IMG/VR virus record: IMGVR_UViG_3300027921_000016
Coordinates: 1-64,000 of that record
Origin: a virus
DNA length: 64,000 nt
Reading direction: 5' to 3' (one strand)
The notes beneath the pieces were generated by a model. That model was given only the letters and a program-made list of their open reading frames with translations, was not told the DNA's origin and searched no databases. Position numbers and translations under genes: made by a program. Shown piece by piece: positions 27,354-36,898 of the stretch. Within the stretch, counting starts at the first letter, position 1; each line of letters starts with the position of its first letter.

Positions 27354-27528
27354 CAGCCCTCCTAGTCCAGAGATTCCCGAATGGCGTCAGCGAAGATATC
27401 CGCTTTCGAGGATATTTCTTCGAGACCCTTCAAGCACTCTTCTTTGGACAGGCTAGTGTCGCCGAAGTAGTCTTCGATGGCCTTGAGTATGGTGTCTAGC
27501 GACATAAAGTCTCCTGTGTCGTAAACTG

Positions 27529-28293
27529 TTACAGTTGGGTCGCGTAGTTGGTGCCACCTTCAAACGGTGGGGTGTCACCTCCCCCCTGGAAGTTGCCATG
27601 ACCGAATCCCAGTTTCCGAAGCTCCTCGGCGGTACGGAAGGTGATCTCTTCCTCGTAGTTGGGGGCCTTGAAGTACGTCTCCATGGTCTTGACATTGGTC
27701 TTGGGGTCTATCACTTCGCGCACGTACTTTGCGCGGAGTACGTCCAGCGGGGTCTTCCCCACGAAGTCGAACATGTCCCCCACGCTCTCGGACTTCTCAC
27801 CGAGACGAGAGACATCGAACGTGGCACCGGCCAGTCCACCCCGCTTCTGCGCGATCTTGGCCAGGAGTTCAAAGGTCTTGGCCTTGGCCGCCAACAGCCG
27901 GGGCTGGTTGGTGTGCTCCTTTCCGTTCTTGTCCGTGAACACCCGGTGGTCGATGATCGTGAACAGCGCCACCAACGTGGCGTACTGCTTGGGGTCCTCG
28001 CAGATCGGACACTTGCCGCCGTTCTCTGGATCATTCTTCTCCGGGCAGGGATAGTACTCCGGAGCTTGCCCCTTGCGAAAAATCCCGTGCTCATAGTACC
28101 GGGGGGGAATCAGAAACAGGCCGCTGGGGGTGGTTTGCAGATCACCGTCAACGAATGTCACCCGGCACTCTTCCTTTTCCTTGAGCCAGAAACGGTACAT
28201 CTTTCCGATTTCGGACTTGCGTTTCTCTGCCTCGGCCTTGGCCTGCTCGGCCATCTGTGCACTCGCTTCACCCGTTTTCATCCAGGAGATCAT
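27529..28293 (-). CDS. Single-stranded DNA-binding protein, gp32-like
   Basis: RFWLK..VTFVDG; YEH..CP..CPIC Zn site; Gly/acidic tail; position beside primase. Confidence 0.65.
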   Translation of the reverse strand: MISWMKTGEASAQMAEQAKAEAEKRKSEIGKMYRFWLKEKEECRVTFVDGDLQTTPSGLFLIPPRYYEHGIFRKGQAPEYYPCPEKNDPENGGKCPICEDPKQYATLVALFTIIDHRVFTDKNGKEHTNQPRLLAAKAKTFELLAKIAQKRGGLAGATFDVSRLGEKSESVGDMFDFVGKTPLDVLRAKYVREVIDPKTNVKTMETYFKAPNYEEEITFRTAEELRKLGFGHGNFQGGGDTPPFEGGTNYATQL

Positions 28294-28349
28294 GATTTAA
28301 TCCTTTTCCATGTAGTAGGTTGGTAATCTGTCCTCAAGTGGACAAGTCT

Positions 28350-28377
28350 ATTGTACCACAAAATCATGTTATGTCAA
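28350..28377 (-). promoter_or_regulatory. Sigma70-like early promoter
   Basis: TTGACA-TAACATGATTTTGTGG-TACAAT. Confidence 0.8.
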
Positions 28378-29339
28378 ATAACTTTCGTAATTTGATCCAT
28401 CAAGAAGTCTGGGTGTGTTTCCCCTGGGTCTTTTACCCCGGCAGGAAGGGCTATGCGAGTATAGCGTATGCCATTTTGGCCACAGAAACTCTGGTACCTC
28501 TCCACACTGGCCTCCCCCGTAGCATCCCTATCTGGGAACTGGATGATGTGCTGTTCCTGAGCAACACGCTTCAACTTCAAGTCCGTGACCTTGGCCGTCA
28601 TGTTCGCCACCACTTTTTTCCAATGCACGTGCACCCGCAGAAGGTCGAACTGGCCCTCTACAACCACCAACGGGCCTGCACTTGATTGCAGGCACGGCTC
28701 ATTGAACCAACAGAACTTGGCATTGTTTACGCCATTCCACCGGTAATCAAAATGCTTCAGCTTCGGCTCAAGGTCTATCGAGCGCCCACGGACGCCAGCA
28801 AACTTCCCATACACATTGTAGTAGGGGAATAGCACCATTCGACGCTCAGGATCATACCGAAGATCAAAGTCCTTTATCTGTGAGTGCAACACCTCTCGAC
28901 TGAGCAGGTACTCCATTGCCTCTGGGAAGCTGTCCACATACGGAAATTCGTCTAGCCAGTACAATGGCCACTGCTGGAACTCTTCTTCAGTTGGTGGAAA
29001 CTCAGAAAATGGGGGCAAGTGCACAACCTCACTATTGATCAGCTCCAGTAGTTCCCTGGCCTTGACAAAATTTGGAAGATACCCGCTGATGGGACTTTTC
29101 CCCTGGTAGTACTCCAGGGCTCCGATCAGTTCCTCAGCGGAGCCACTCTGACAGGTAAAGCAATTAAACCTTGGCGGTTCTCCGGGCTTGGTCAGCAAGC
29201 CAAAGCTCGGATTGTGGTCGTGTCCATGAGTGTGTGTCCAGGGACTGAGGGGGCACGAACACTTTGTCCATGGGGTTCCTGGGTGTATGTTCTTTGCTCC
29301 CAAGGCCAACAGCAACTCCTTTGCTTGATCCTTGTTCAT
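28374..29339 (-). CDS. DNA primase
   Basis: Zn ribbon CP..H..NPSF..FNCFTC; TOPRIM VVEGQFD, DRD, KDPG. Confidence 0.88.
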   Translation of the reverse strand: MNKDQAKELLLALGAKNIHPGTPWTKCSCPLSPWTHTHGHDHNPSFGLLTKPGEPPRFNCFTCQSGSAEELIGALEYYQGKSPISGYLPNFVKARELLELINSEVVHLPPFSEFPPTEEEFQQWPLYWLDEFPYVDSFPEAMEYLLSREVLHSQIKDFDLRYDPERRMVLFPYYNVYGKFAGVRGRSIDLEPKLKHFDYRWNGVNNAKFCWFNEPCLQSSAGPLVVVEGQFDLLRVHVHWKKVVANMTAKVTDLKLKRVAQEQHIIQFPDRDATGEASVERYQSFCGQNGIRYTRIALPAGVKDPGETHPDFLMDQITKVI

Positions 29340-29340
29340 A

Positions 29341-29799
29341 TCAATCCTGTACGTGAAGGGGCAGGTAGTACCCCCCTTCTACGCCTGCTTCTTTCAGTAT
29401 GTGCTTGGCGTACTCAGCCTCTTCTGCCCACACGGTACTCGCCCCTATACGATGGTTGGCTGGGGCAAACACCCTTTTAATGCCTGACTGAGCGATCATA
29501 CCCGCGCAGTTAGAGCACGGATGCAGGGAAGTGATGATCATCTGACTGCCAAGTAGCCGCGCGCCAACACGAGCTGCCTGGGCAATGGCATTGGCTTCTG
29601 CATGAACCACGAACTTGTATTTCGTAGGCTTGTGTTCCCATCGTACCGGGCTGTCGGTCACCCCTCTGGGAAATCCGTTGCAGCCGACGGACAGAATGTT
29701 GCAGTCCATGTCCAGGACTACCGCCCCTACCTGGGTACTCGGGTCCTTACTGAGGGTCGCCATGGCCTGGGCTACAGCAATAAATTTCAAGGGGTTCAT
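29341..29799 (-). CDS. dCMP deaminase
   Basis: SKDPSTQVGA, HAEANAI, PCSNC. Confidence 0.93.
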   Translation of the reverse strand: MNPLKFIAVAQAMATLSKDPSTQVGAVVLDMDCNILSVGCNGFPRGVTDSPVRWEHKPTKYKFVVHAEANAIAQAARVGARLLGSQMIITSLHPCSNCAGMIAQSGIKRVFAPANHRIGASTVWAEEAEYAKHILKEAGVEGGYYLPLHVQD

Positions 29800-30427
29800 A
29801 GTCTCTCCAACTACAGTATGTGGAAGGGGCTGGATTTGACACCATCATAGCCCCTGTGCCTCCAGGCGTCTAAGCCTGTCCAAATGAGGCAATGAGCAGC
29901 TTGTTACTCCACAGGGGCATAGTCTCTCACGCTGCAACCTCCACGTACTACACTGGTGAGGCCCTGTGCATCCCTGCATCCGATTCTCCTTGGAAAGGTT
30001 GGTCGGCAGGGCCTCGTTGAAGGGACAGCCCACGTGGGCTGCCCCAGGCTCTATGTGTTTTTTGGCGGGAGGTTGGTCCTTAGCACCACCCCCCGATCTT
30101 GTGTCGGGGATGTTACCTCGGGCGCCTTGCCCAGGTAGGGGATTGTGTTCTTGGCATGGTGATCTCCAGGCTAAGGCTGGAGGACGTTGTATAGACGGGG
30201 CCGACTAGGCGCAGGACTTGATAGCCTCCAAGTACACTAGAGGCCAGCCCAAGGAAAGCCGTTGCGGCTAGGGCGAAACAGGCTACAGACCTTCTCATGC
30301 TGTTCAGCGAAGACCGCCGCAATTACCGGCAGCGGCTTTGTTGGCCAGCTTCGCGCCGGGCTTGCCCCGCAATAGCGGGTTCTTGTCAGGGCGACAGATT
30401 TTGGGGACGTTCTGGTACTTACGGGGG

Positions 30428-30934
30428 TTACGGGGCACCTTGTTCTCCTGCCGTGGTGGGTTTGATCTTGGAAACACGCGAGCCAGTCTGAGACACCGAC
30501 GAGTAGGCGGCGATCTCGTGTTCACTGAGGAGCTTCTTCAACTCGGTGATACCGATGGACACAACGGCAGACGCCACGTCGTCCCCGAACTTCTTGCGGA
30601 GACCGTCCAGCAACTCGAAGGGCTTGGGGAAAGTAGTAGCGTTTGCCCTGGCCCCGAGTTCCACGACACCCAGGGAGCCGACGAACTCCACAGACTTGTC
30701 CGCTGGTTGGGTGGCTGCAATTGATTGCAGTACCTTCTTCCCGGCATCCATCTCCTTGAGTTTCTCCGGAACCTGATGGGCCTTCAACCACCGGTCATTG
30801 GTAATCAGCATATCCACGACCGCTACCTGCTCTTTCAACGCCTGGGTTGTTTCCTCGGCCTGCTGAATTACGGCCTTCACTTCCTGCGGCTTCACCGCCT
30901 TGATTTCCTGTACAAATGAAAGCATGGTCTTCAC
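30428..30934 (-). CDS. Hypothetical protein
   Basis: 168 aa, AGGA SD, phage-like codon usage. Confidence 0.7.
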   Translation of the reverse strand: MKTMLSFVQEIKAVKPQEVKAVIQQAEETTQALKEQVAVVDMLITNDRWLKAHQVPEKLKEMDAGKKVLQSIAATQPADKSVEFVGSLGVVELGARANATTFPKPFELLDGLRKKFGDDVASAVVSIGITELKKLLSEHEIAAYSSVSQTGSRVSKIKPTTAGEQGAP

Positions 30935-31139
30935 TCCTCTGAAGTTGATGTAGGATGCCGGTATTCAGATACCGGCCCCCCAGTTGTACTGGGCGTACCG
31001 CCCCAACATCTTGGTAATAGACAGTTCCACCCCATGGCGATCCCGATTACCTACCTTACGAATCTTGCGGCGATCCCTAGCCTTGTTTCTGCCCTTGGTT
31101 TTCATCCTAGTCCTCTTGTAAGGTGTACTTGATAGAACC

Positions 31140-31167
31140 AGTTTAACACAATCCCAGAGTTTGTCAA
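31140..31167 (-). promoter_or_regulatory. Sigma70-like early promoter
   Basis: TTGACA-AACTCTGGGATTGTGT-TAAACT. Confidence 0.8.
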
Positions 31168-31174
31168 GAGGTTT

Positions 31175-33448
31175 CTACAGGTACCCCAGGTCCTGCTCTT
31201 GCTCGTCCTGCGCCTGATCGAAGTTCATCACGTTGAACAACCAGTTGATGTCGAATTTCCCGATTTCCCCGCTCCTGCCTTTCATCACGTTGATAGTCCT
31301 GCGCTTCATGGTCTCGACACCCTCCTCCTGAAAGAGCCCGAGAACAATTGAGCTTATCTGGCCGATGGCGTCCGAGTATCCGATGTCCTCCAGACCAACA
31401 TCCTGCACCCTTTTCTTACCCTTACTGGCCTCCCGGCTGAACTGCCAAGTGGCAAACGTGCTGATATCCAAGTCCGTACTCGCGCGCTTCATCAACTCCG
31501 CATTTTCAGCCACTCGGGTATACCTGTCCAGCTTGGTGTTCTTGTGCCGGAGCAGGTACGCACCGTCGATACACACCACTGGGCACTCAAGCTGGGCTGC
31601 CAGGGTATATACATCCTCCCCGGATGCCGCGAGATTACCGTCCACCAGATATAGCTTGGACTCTTCATGGGCGATACCAAGTAGCCCTTTCTCGAACTTA
31701 CCGAGGGTGATTGAACTGTACTCCCCGGTCTTCAACTGGCTGTAGTTGGTTCCCGCGTACATGCTGGCCAGGCGTTGGGCTATGTGCAGGGGTGTCATTT
31801 CCATGGACACGAACAGCACATTCTTATGGTTACGCCAGTTATGCAAAGCTGTGTACAAGGAAACCCATGAGTTATGGGTGACCACATAGTTATCGGACAA
31901 ATACAGTCTTCGCGGATGGGAAACGGTTATACACTGACACTCCTCCTCCCCATGGTAGTGTATGGACTCCAGGGTCAAACGATGGTTTGTGTGCTTAGTT
32001 CTTCCCCGCAGTACCCTGTCCTGTTTCCTACCTAAGGAAAACACCCGCACCCTATTGGGGACCACAATGTGCAGGATGTACGCATCCAAACACCTGGGTT
32101 GTTTCAGATTGATCGTAGCTTTTCCACCTAAAGACCAAACCAAAGTTTGTACCCCCTTAGCCAATCTAGGACTAGAGGTGCAATACGACACCCCTCCATT
32201 CTTAGCGGCAGTCCCATCGGTATCCATCAACCCTCGTAACAACTCCCAGCGGGTAAACACGTCCGCAGACAGGTACTTCTCTGGAATGTGTTTTTTCTCT
32301 GACTTAACCCCTTGCAAACCCAATGATACGAACCACTTGGATAGACGATTCACGCCCCCAGGGCCTCCGCAACGATCATCCCTCACCCCATACGTATAAG
32401 GACCAGACCCTTGCTTGATTAAATCCAGACCCTGGACTCGCAACTCATAGCGGATTCGGCTAACTATGTGCCAGTCAGCAGACGTAAGCACCGGGGACTC
32501 CTTAGTCAACCCCCCGTCCCCAATAAAAACCCCCAACAAGTAGGGAGAGAACGGGGCCTCAACCGGAGTGCCGTACTCCCCAGAGTACAGACTAACAGAT
32601 GGACGATTCTGGTGCCTGCGGGTATGCAGCCGTGCAATCAATTGCAGGGTAGTCTCCACCCGAGTGGCATCCCCCCCTCTGTAAAATACCTCCCACAGGT
32701 GCTCCCCAGACGCCTTTACAGTACGGCCGTCTTGAAAGGTTAAAACAAACACGGACTTAACACCTTGGGGGTGTATTCCCGTAACCTCAGACTCTCCGCC
32801 ATCTACTGAGGCCAGTTTATCCCCTAACTGAATATCCCCCATCCGTTTGAATCCCCCCAGGGTAAGCACCTTGGAGTCCAGAGGCTGGGCCTTCCCAGCG
32901 GCAGGCCTGCCTACTATTGAGACCACCTCACCGGGAGTCACACCCCCTTGGCTGTCCATGTACGGCCAGCCGAACTGCGCGAACTCATCGGACTTCAGGA
33001 TGTTGTGGTATTCCTGGTACACCGCCTGCACCCCGTCTTTACCAAAATCCATGATCCGGGTACGGTACTGCTGCTCGGTTATGGTGTTCAGGGTGTTCCT
33101 TAGGATGGCCGAGGCCTTTTTCCACGCATGCTGATCGTCTTTCAGGACCTGCTGGGAGTCAACATTGGCCTTGTTCAACATCCTGTGAAAGTACGAGTCC
33201 TCCAACAAGGACAGGTAATACGCACTGGGTTCCGGGGTCTCAATGTTCTTGACCTCCGGGAACATGGTCTCCAGGGTATCCAACTTCGGTAACATGTGAA
33301 ACTTGGTCACATGGGCATCCACCCACTCAAAAGCAGGTATCTCCGAGACAATGAATACGTTGGAATTCAACTTGGCGCGTTTGTAGGCAATGACGCTCTG
33401 CTGCTCGCAATATGAGCGCAGGGCCTTTAGTCCAATGGCAAATGACAT
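31175..33448 (-). CDS. dnaB: DnaB-like replicative helicase containing an intein
   Basis: GRPAAGK|..|SW, VSMEM, IDGAY, Q.SR, SDAIGQ, KGRSG. Confidence 0.92.
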   Translation of the reverse strand: MSFAIGLKALRSYCEQQSVIAYKRAKLNSNVFIVSEIPAFEWVDAHVTKFHMLPKLDTLETMFPEVKNIETPEPSAYYLSLLEDSYFHRMLNKANVDSQQVLKDDQHAWKKASAILRNTLNTITEQQYRTRIMDFGKDGVQAVYQEYHNILKSDEFAQFGWPYMDSQGGVTPGEVVSIVGRPAAGKAQPLDSKVLTLGGFKRMGDIQLGDKLASVDGGESEVTGIHPQGVKSVFVLTFQDGRTVKASGEHLWEVFYRGGDATRVETTLQLIARLHTRRHQNRPSVSLYSGEYGTPVEAPFSPYLLGVFIGDGGLTKESPVLTSADWHIVSRIRYELRVQGLDLIKQGSGPYTYGVRDDRCGGPGGVNRLSKWFVSLGLQGVKSEKKHIPEKYLSADVFTRWELLRGLMDTDGTAAKNGGVSYCTSSPRLAKGVQTLVWSLGGKATINLKQPRCLDAYILHIVVPNRVRVFSLGRKQDRVLRGRTKHTNHRLTLESIHYHGEEECQCITVSHPRRLYLSDNYVVTHNSWVSLYTALHNWRNHKNVLFVSMEMTPLHIAQRLASMYAGTNYSQLKTGEYSSITLGKFEKGLLGIAHEESKLYLVDGNLAASGEDVYTLAAQLECPVVCIDGAYLLRHKNTKLDRYTRVAENAELMKRASTDLDISTFATWQFSREASKGKKRVQDVGLEDIGYSDAIGQISSIVLGLFQEEGVETMKRRTINVMKGRSGEIGKFDINWLFNVMNFDQAQDEQEQDLGYL
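31871..32890 (-). mobile_element. Ala1 class 3 intein (340 aa) with LAGLIDADG endonuclease
   Basis: AQPLD start; HLW, CQCITV, VVTHN|S (WCT triplet); LGVFIGDG, LRGLMDTDG. Confidence 0.9.
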
Positions 33449-33460
33449 GAGATTCCCTAC

Positions 33461-34000
33461 TCAGCAGAAGTTGGTCAGCAGATGGTCCGCAAATACTGGC
33501 CCATAGGCGTTCTTGAGCCCGTCCATAGACTCTACGTACACAATCGTGGACTTGTCTTGGGCGTACCGGCGCATCAACAGGTCATACAGGCTCTGAATCT
33601 GCCAACTGGTCAAGGCTTTACCGTGGGTGGCCACAAACAAGTTTGGGATCACCATGACCGTGGGATCAGGTACCATGTGTCCTTGTTTGTCCTGCAATGG
33701 GATCAAGGTATTCAGCGACACCACGCGGGCGTCAATAAAGTTACGGATGAACGCCCCTGCAATGTACAGGTGACGATTATCCAACTTCCCGGTCATCGTG
33801 TACCCGAGAGTTCCATGGTTCTTGAACTTCCAGTACTCTTTGACGTACCTGAGGTCCTCGGACGTGACATGTCCTACCATGGACGCATGGACAAACTTCC
33901 TTGGGGTCTGCGCGATCTCACACACGCCATCCAGATCAGCAAGGAGACGCTGATGGATAACCGGGTCGAGTATCGAGAGCTTGGTAGAGGGATCGTTCAT
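33461..34000 (-). CDS. DnaC-like helicase loader, degenerate P-loop
   Basis: Lies between initiator and DnaB; LYDLLMRRYAQDKSTIVY resembles the DnaC C-terminal region. Confidence 0.55.
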   Translation of the reverse strand: MNDPSTKLSILDPVIHQRLLADLDGVCEIAQTPRKFVHASMVGHVTSEDLRYVKEYWKFKNHGTLGYTMTGKLDNRHLYIAGAFIRNFIDARVVSLNTLIPLQDKQGHMVPDPTVMVIPNLFVATHGKALTSWQIQSLYDLLMRRYAQDKSTIVYVESMDGLKNAYGPVFADHLLTNFC

Positions 34001-34971
34001 TTGGCTTTCAACTGCTCAAGAAAGGCAGCAACCTTTTCAGGGTCATGTACAGCAGGAGTATCCTCTACTCCCGCCACTTTGACAACCACTGGTTCTGGTA
34101 CTGCAATTGATTGCACGACCGTGGAACTCAGGTCCATGTTTGCTAGGGTATCAACATGCAGTAGCAGGAATCCAGGCAACGGCCGCACAGGGGGGTTGGA
34201 CACACCCTTCTCCGTGCTGACCTTCCAGGAAAATACTGCCCAATTTTGCAGCACCCAATCCACTTTCTCCCTGGTGCTTTCCCCCAGGTGCTTGTACACG
34301 CCTTTTAACTGCGCCTTGTCCTTGATCGTGAGCGGCTTCTGATACCCTCCGTACAGGGTCCCCATCCTCTTCATCCAAAGACCCTCCAAGGATATTGGAG
34401 TGCCTTTGTTCTTCAATACCGTAGCTGCATCCATGTCTGTGACTCCTATAGGGGCTGGCAAGGCGCCTGCGCTGGTTTTATTATCTGCTGTAGTCTCTGT
34501 AGTATTCTCTGTTGGGTAATGCACCTGTAGGTGCAATGGTTTGCCCTCACAGGTGCATTGGTTTGCCCCTACAGGTGCAAATGAAATTCTCTTGGATAGC
34601 GGCATGGCGTCAAGGAATGTGCAGAGAATGTGTCTAGTGGGCTTACTGTTGGCCATAAAAATCTCTACCTGAATAAGTTTGCACCTCACAAGAATATCCA
34701 TTGCCCTGTCCAGTTGGCGGCGGGTAAGACGTACCTCCTCCCACCATTCAGTATGCGTCTTGTACAGCCAGGATCGAACCACCCCATACCGGTCTTTCCG
34801 GTGGTGAGACAGTCTCTCTTTACCTTTGACATCCGGACAATACCAGTAATGAATCTGGGACATCACCAGTGCGGCATTTATATCCCCTGTCCAGTCCACA
34901 TACCCTGGACGAAACCACACCCCACGTACCTCAGGCATACAGGCCCCTGCAATCAATTGCGAAACCGCCAA
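33997..34971 (-). CDS. Replication initiator (wHTH); start uncertain
   Basis: AALVMSQIHYW...WLYKTHTEWWEEVRLTRRQL; TENTTETT linker; internal iterons. Confidence 0.75.
   Translation of the reverse strand: MAVSQLIAGACMPEVRGVWFRPGYVDWTGDINAALVMSQIHYWYCPDVKGKERLSHHRKDRYGVVRSWLYKTHTEWWEEVRLTRRQLDRAMDILVRCKLIQVEIFMANSKPTRHILCTFLDAMPLSKRISFAPVGANQCTCEGKPLHLQVHYPTENTTETTADNKTSAGALPAPIGVTDMDAATVLKNKGTPISLEGLWMKRMGTLYGGYQKPLTIKDKAQLKGVYKHLGESTREKVDWVLQNWAVFSWKVSTEKGVSNPPVRPLPGFLLLHVDTLANMDLSSTVVQSIAVPEPVVVKVAGVEDTPAVHDPEKVAAFLEQLKAK
34520..34583. repeat. Iteron-like repeats, candidate replication origin
   Basis: AGGTGCA(A/T)TGGTTTGCCC at 34529 and 34551, partial at 34573 (22-bp period); palindrome TGCACCT-GT-AGGTGCA. 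Confidence 0.65.
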
Positions 34972-35008
34972 AAGGGGAGTTTAACCCCTTTGGCAAAGTG
35001 GCAGTGGA

Positions 35009-35716
35009 TCAGCGTGGTTCAGGCGGTTTGATGTCCACGAACACCGCCCGGCCAGTGGGGTCTGTAAAGTTGGCATCAAAATTGCCGGCATCACCGCAGC
35101 CACTCAGTACCCTGTTGATGGTATCCACACTCAGGGCCTTGACCTCCTTACGGGTACCGAGGTCCCCGAGCAATGCGGCAAGGTTCTTGCGGTCAATGTA
35201 CATGCGCTGGTACCCCCCATAGTACCCGTTGCCGACGGAGAAGCGGGTGGCAAAGTACACCGCACCGTACTTGTCGGCGAGACTGTCCGCACTGTACCCC
35301 CAGGCCTCTATGGAGGGGAAGAACTTGACCTTGACCTCGCTCCCGAACTTCCTGACCATCACTGCCGTGAACACGTCGCTGGCCGCCAGGGTGGCTGCCA
35401 CCAGATAGCTGTTGTAGGAGGTAATCCCGTTACGCCAGTGTGGCTGAGTAGTGGACACCGCACGGTACGTGCGGTGGGCCTGTGAGGGGTGGACGGCCTT
35501 GGTACGTGGGGTACGGGCAGGCGCCTTTGGTTTCGCAGTCGCAACAGGCTTGGGCCTGTCGTAGGTAGCATCCGTGGTCGAGAGCACGGACTTTATCTCA
35601 CAGCCTGGATATTTTTTGAACACCCCCTGCTTGGCACCACGATCAGTGTTGGCAGCGACGACGATGACCTTGGCTTTACCCTTCAGGTCGGGGAAGAACA
35701 CGATTTGGAAGTTCAT
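35009..35716 (-). CDS. Hypothetical protein
   Basis: 235 aa, AAGGAG SD. Confidence 0.7.
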   Translation of the reverse strand: MNFQIVFFPDLKGKAKVIVVAANTDRGAKQGVFKKYPGCEIKSVLSTTDATYDRPKPVATAKPKAPARTPRTKAVHPSQAHRTYRAVSTTQPHWRNGITSYNSYLVAATLAASDVFTAVMVRKFGSEVKVKFFPSIEAWGYSADSLADKYGAVYFATRFSVGNGYYGGYQRMYIDRKNLAALLGDLGTRKEVKALSVDTINRVLSGCGDAGNFDANFTDPTGRAVFVDIKPPEPR

Positions 35717-35718
35717 GA

Positions 35719-36123
35719 TTACTCCTTTAGAAGTTCGATGTTTCGCCGGGGTAGGCCTACCAGGTCCCAGGTTTCAGAGTCGAGAAAACACTTACATTTT
35801 GCCAGAGCCCGTTTGGCTTCAGCTCCCCCGAAGGCTCGGGCAAATCCTTCCTTGGTGACTACCGACCACGTACCCGTAGGGTACACCCGATCTTGCAACG
35901 GGGGCTGGTCGGGACTGGCTGGCGTAGGGTTGGCTTCGATACAGGTGATACCCTGGGCCATGAGCTTCTGACACTCAACACATGGCTCGTAGCTGGTGAC
36001 CATGTGCATCGGTGCTTCTTTCGGATAAGCGGCGCCCAAGAGTGCGACTTCGCCCGTCTCCTTGCCGCACCAAAAGCAGGTAGACAGTGTGGGGTTAAGC
36101 CCGTACTTGGCAGAGAGTCTCAT
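35719..36123 (-). CDS. Zn-binding hypothetical protein
   Basis: GLNPT..CFWC...EPCVEC. Confidence 0.7.
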   Translation of the reverse strand: MRLSAKYGLNPTLSTCFWCGKETGEVALLGAAYPKEAPMHMVTSYEPCVECQKLMAQGITCIEANPTPASPDQPPLQDRVYPTGTWSVVTKEGFARAFGGAEAKRALAKCKCFLDSETWDLVGLPRRNIELLKE

Positions 36124-36383
36124 GTCATGGACCTCCCGAAAAACGAGCCATCACCACCCAAGGAGTACTCCTCCTTGGCTACCGTGTCTGGGTCAGTGAT
36201 GCACCCAGAGCAGACCACCATGTACTGGCCCATGCAGTCCCCACTGTCGATCGTGTGATGAAGTTCCTTGAGGTTGTCAAACTTCAGGTGCCCAGGGCCA
36301 TCCGAAAGTACGGTAACCATGATCGCGGTCTTGCGGACGCAATGGTCACTCATCTCCGCCTCCAGTCTAGGGGTTGTGCTCAA
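36120..36383 (-). CDS. Hypothetical protein
   Basis: 87-aa ORF, ATGA coupling. Confidence 0.6.
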   Translation of the reverse strand: MSTTPRLEAEMSDHCVRKTAIMVTVLSDGPGHLKFDNLKELHHTIDSGDCMGQYMVVCSGCITDPDTVAKEEYSLGGDGSFFGRSMT

Positions 36384-36843
36384 TGGCCAGCGGAGGGGTG
36401 AACACCACCACAGACTTGTCCAAGCCTAGGCTTGTACTGAAGAATGCCGCCAACTCGGTGTTGTCGCCCCACTCAGCGTCCATGCCGATCTCTTTCTGGA
36501 TTTGGGTGATAGCCCACGCCAGAAGAACTTCAACTACCTTGTGTTCGATGCAGGCGGCGGCGAACTGTTCTGCTGATGCCCTCATGTCGAGCACCGGAAT
36601 TTCCACGAGATCGTAGTGCATGCCCGCAACGTGTGCACCGTCCATCTCGAACGGGGAGTTTTTGCGGAAATTGAGGTACTTGGGTGCCTTTTCAGGGTAC
36701 CCTAGGGTGGCAAACCTGACCACCACATCCGAGTACTTTTCAGAAGGCGCCATCGACACCCCGAAGCAGACTGCCTGGGTACAGGACAGTACTGCATACT
36801 TATTGGAACTGCCAAAAAACACTTTCAATGTCATGATCTCCAC
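36367..36843 (-). CDS. Hypothetical protein
   Basis: 158 aa, first gene after a promoter. Confidence 0.7.
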   Translation of the reverse strand: MEIMTLKVFFGSSNKYAVLSCTQAVCFGVSMAPSEKYSDVVVRFATLGYPEKAPKYLNFRKNSPFEMDGAHVAGMHYDLVEIPVLDMRASAEQFAAACIEHKVVEVLLAWAITQIQKEIGMDAEWGDNTELAAFFSTSLGLDKSVVVFTPPLAIEHNP

Positions 36844-36867
36844 TCCATTGGGTTGAACTACAATCTT

Positions 36868-36895
36868 AGATTAACACAATCAAGCAATTTGTCAA
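36868..36895 (-). promoter_or_regulatory. Sigma70-like early promoter
   Basis: TTGACA-AATTGCTTGATTGTGT-TAATCT; 14-mer 8 bp upstream. Confidence 0.8.
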
Positions 36896-36898
36896 TAA

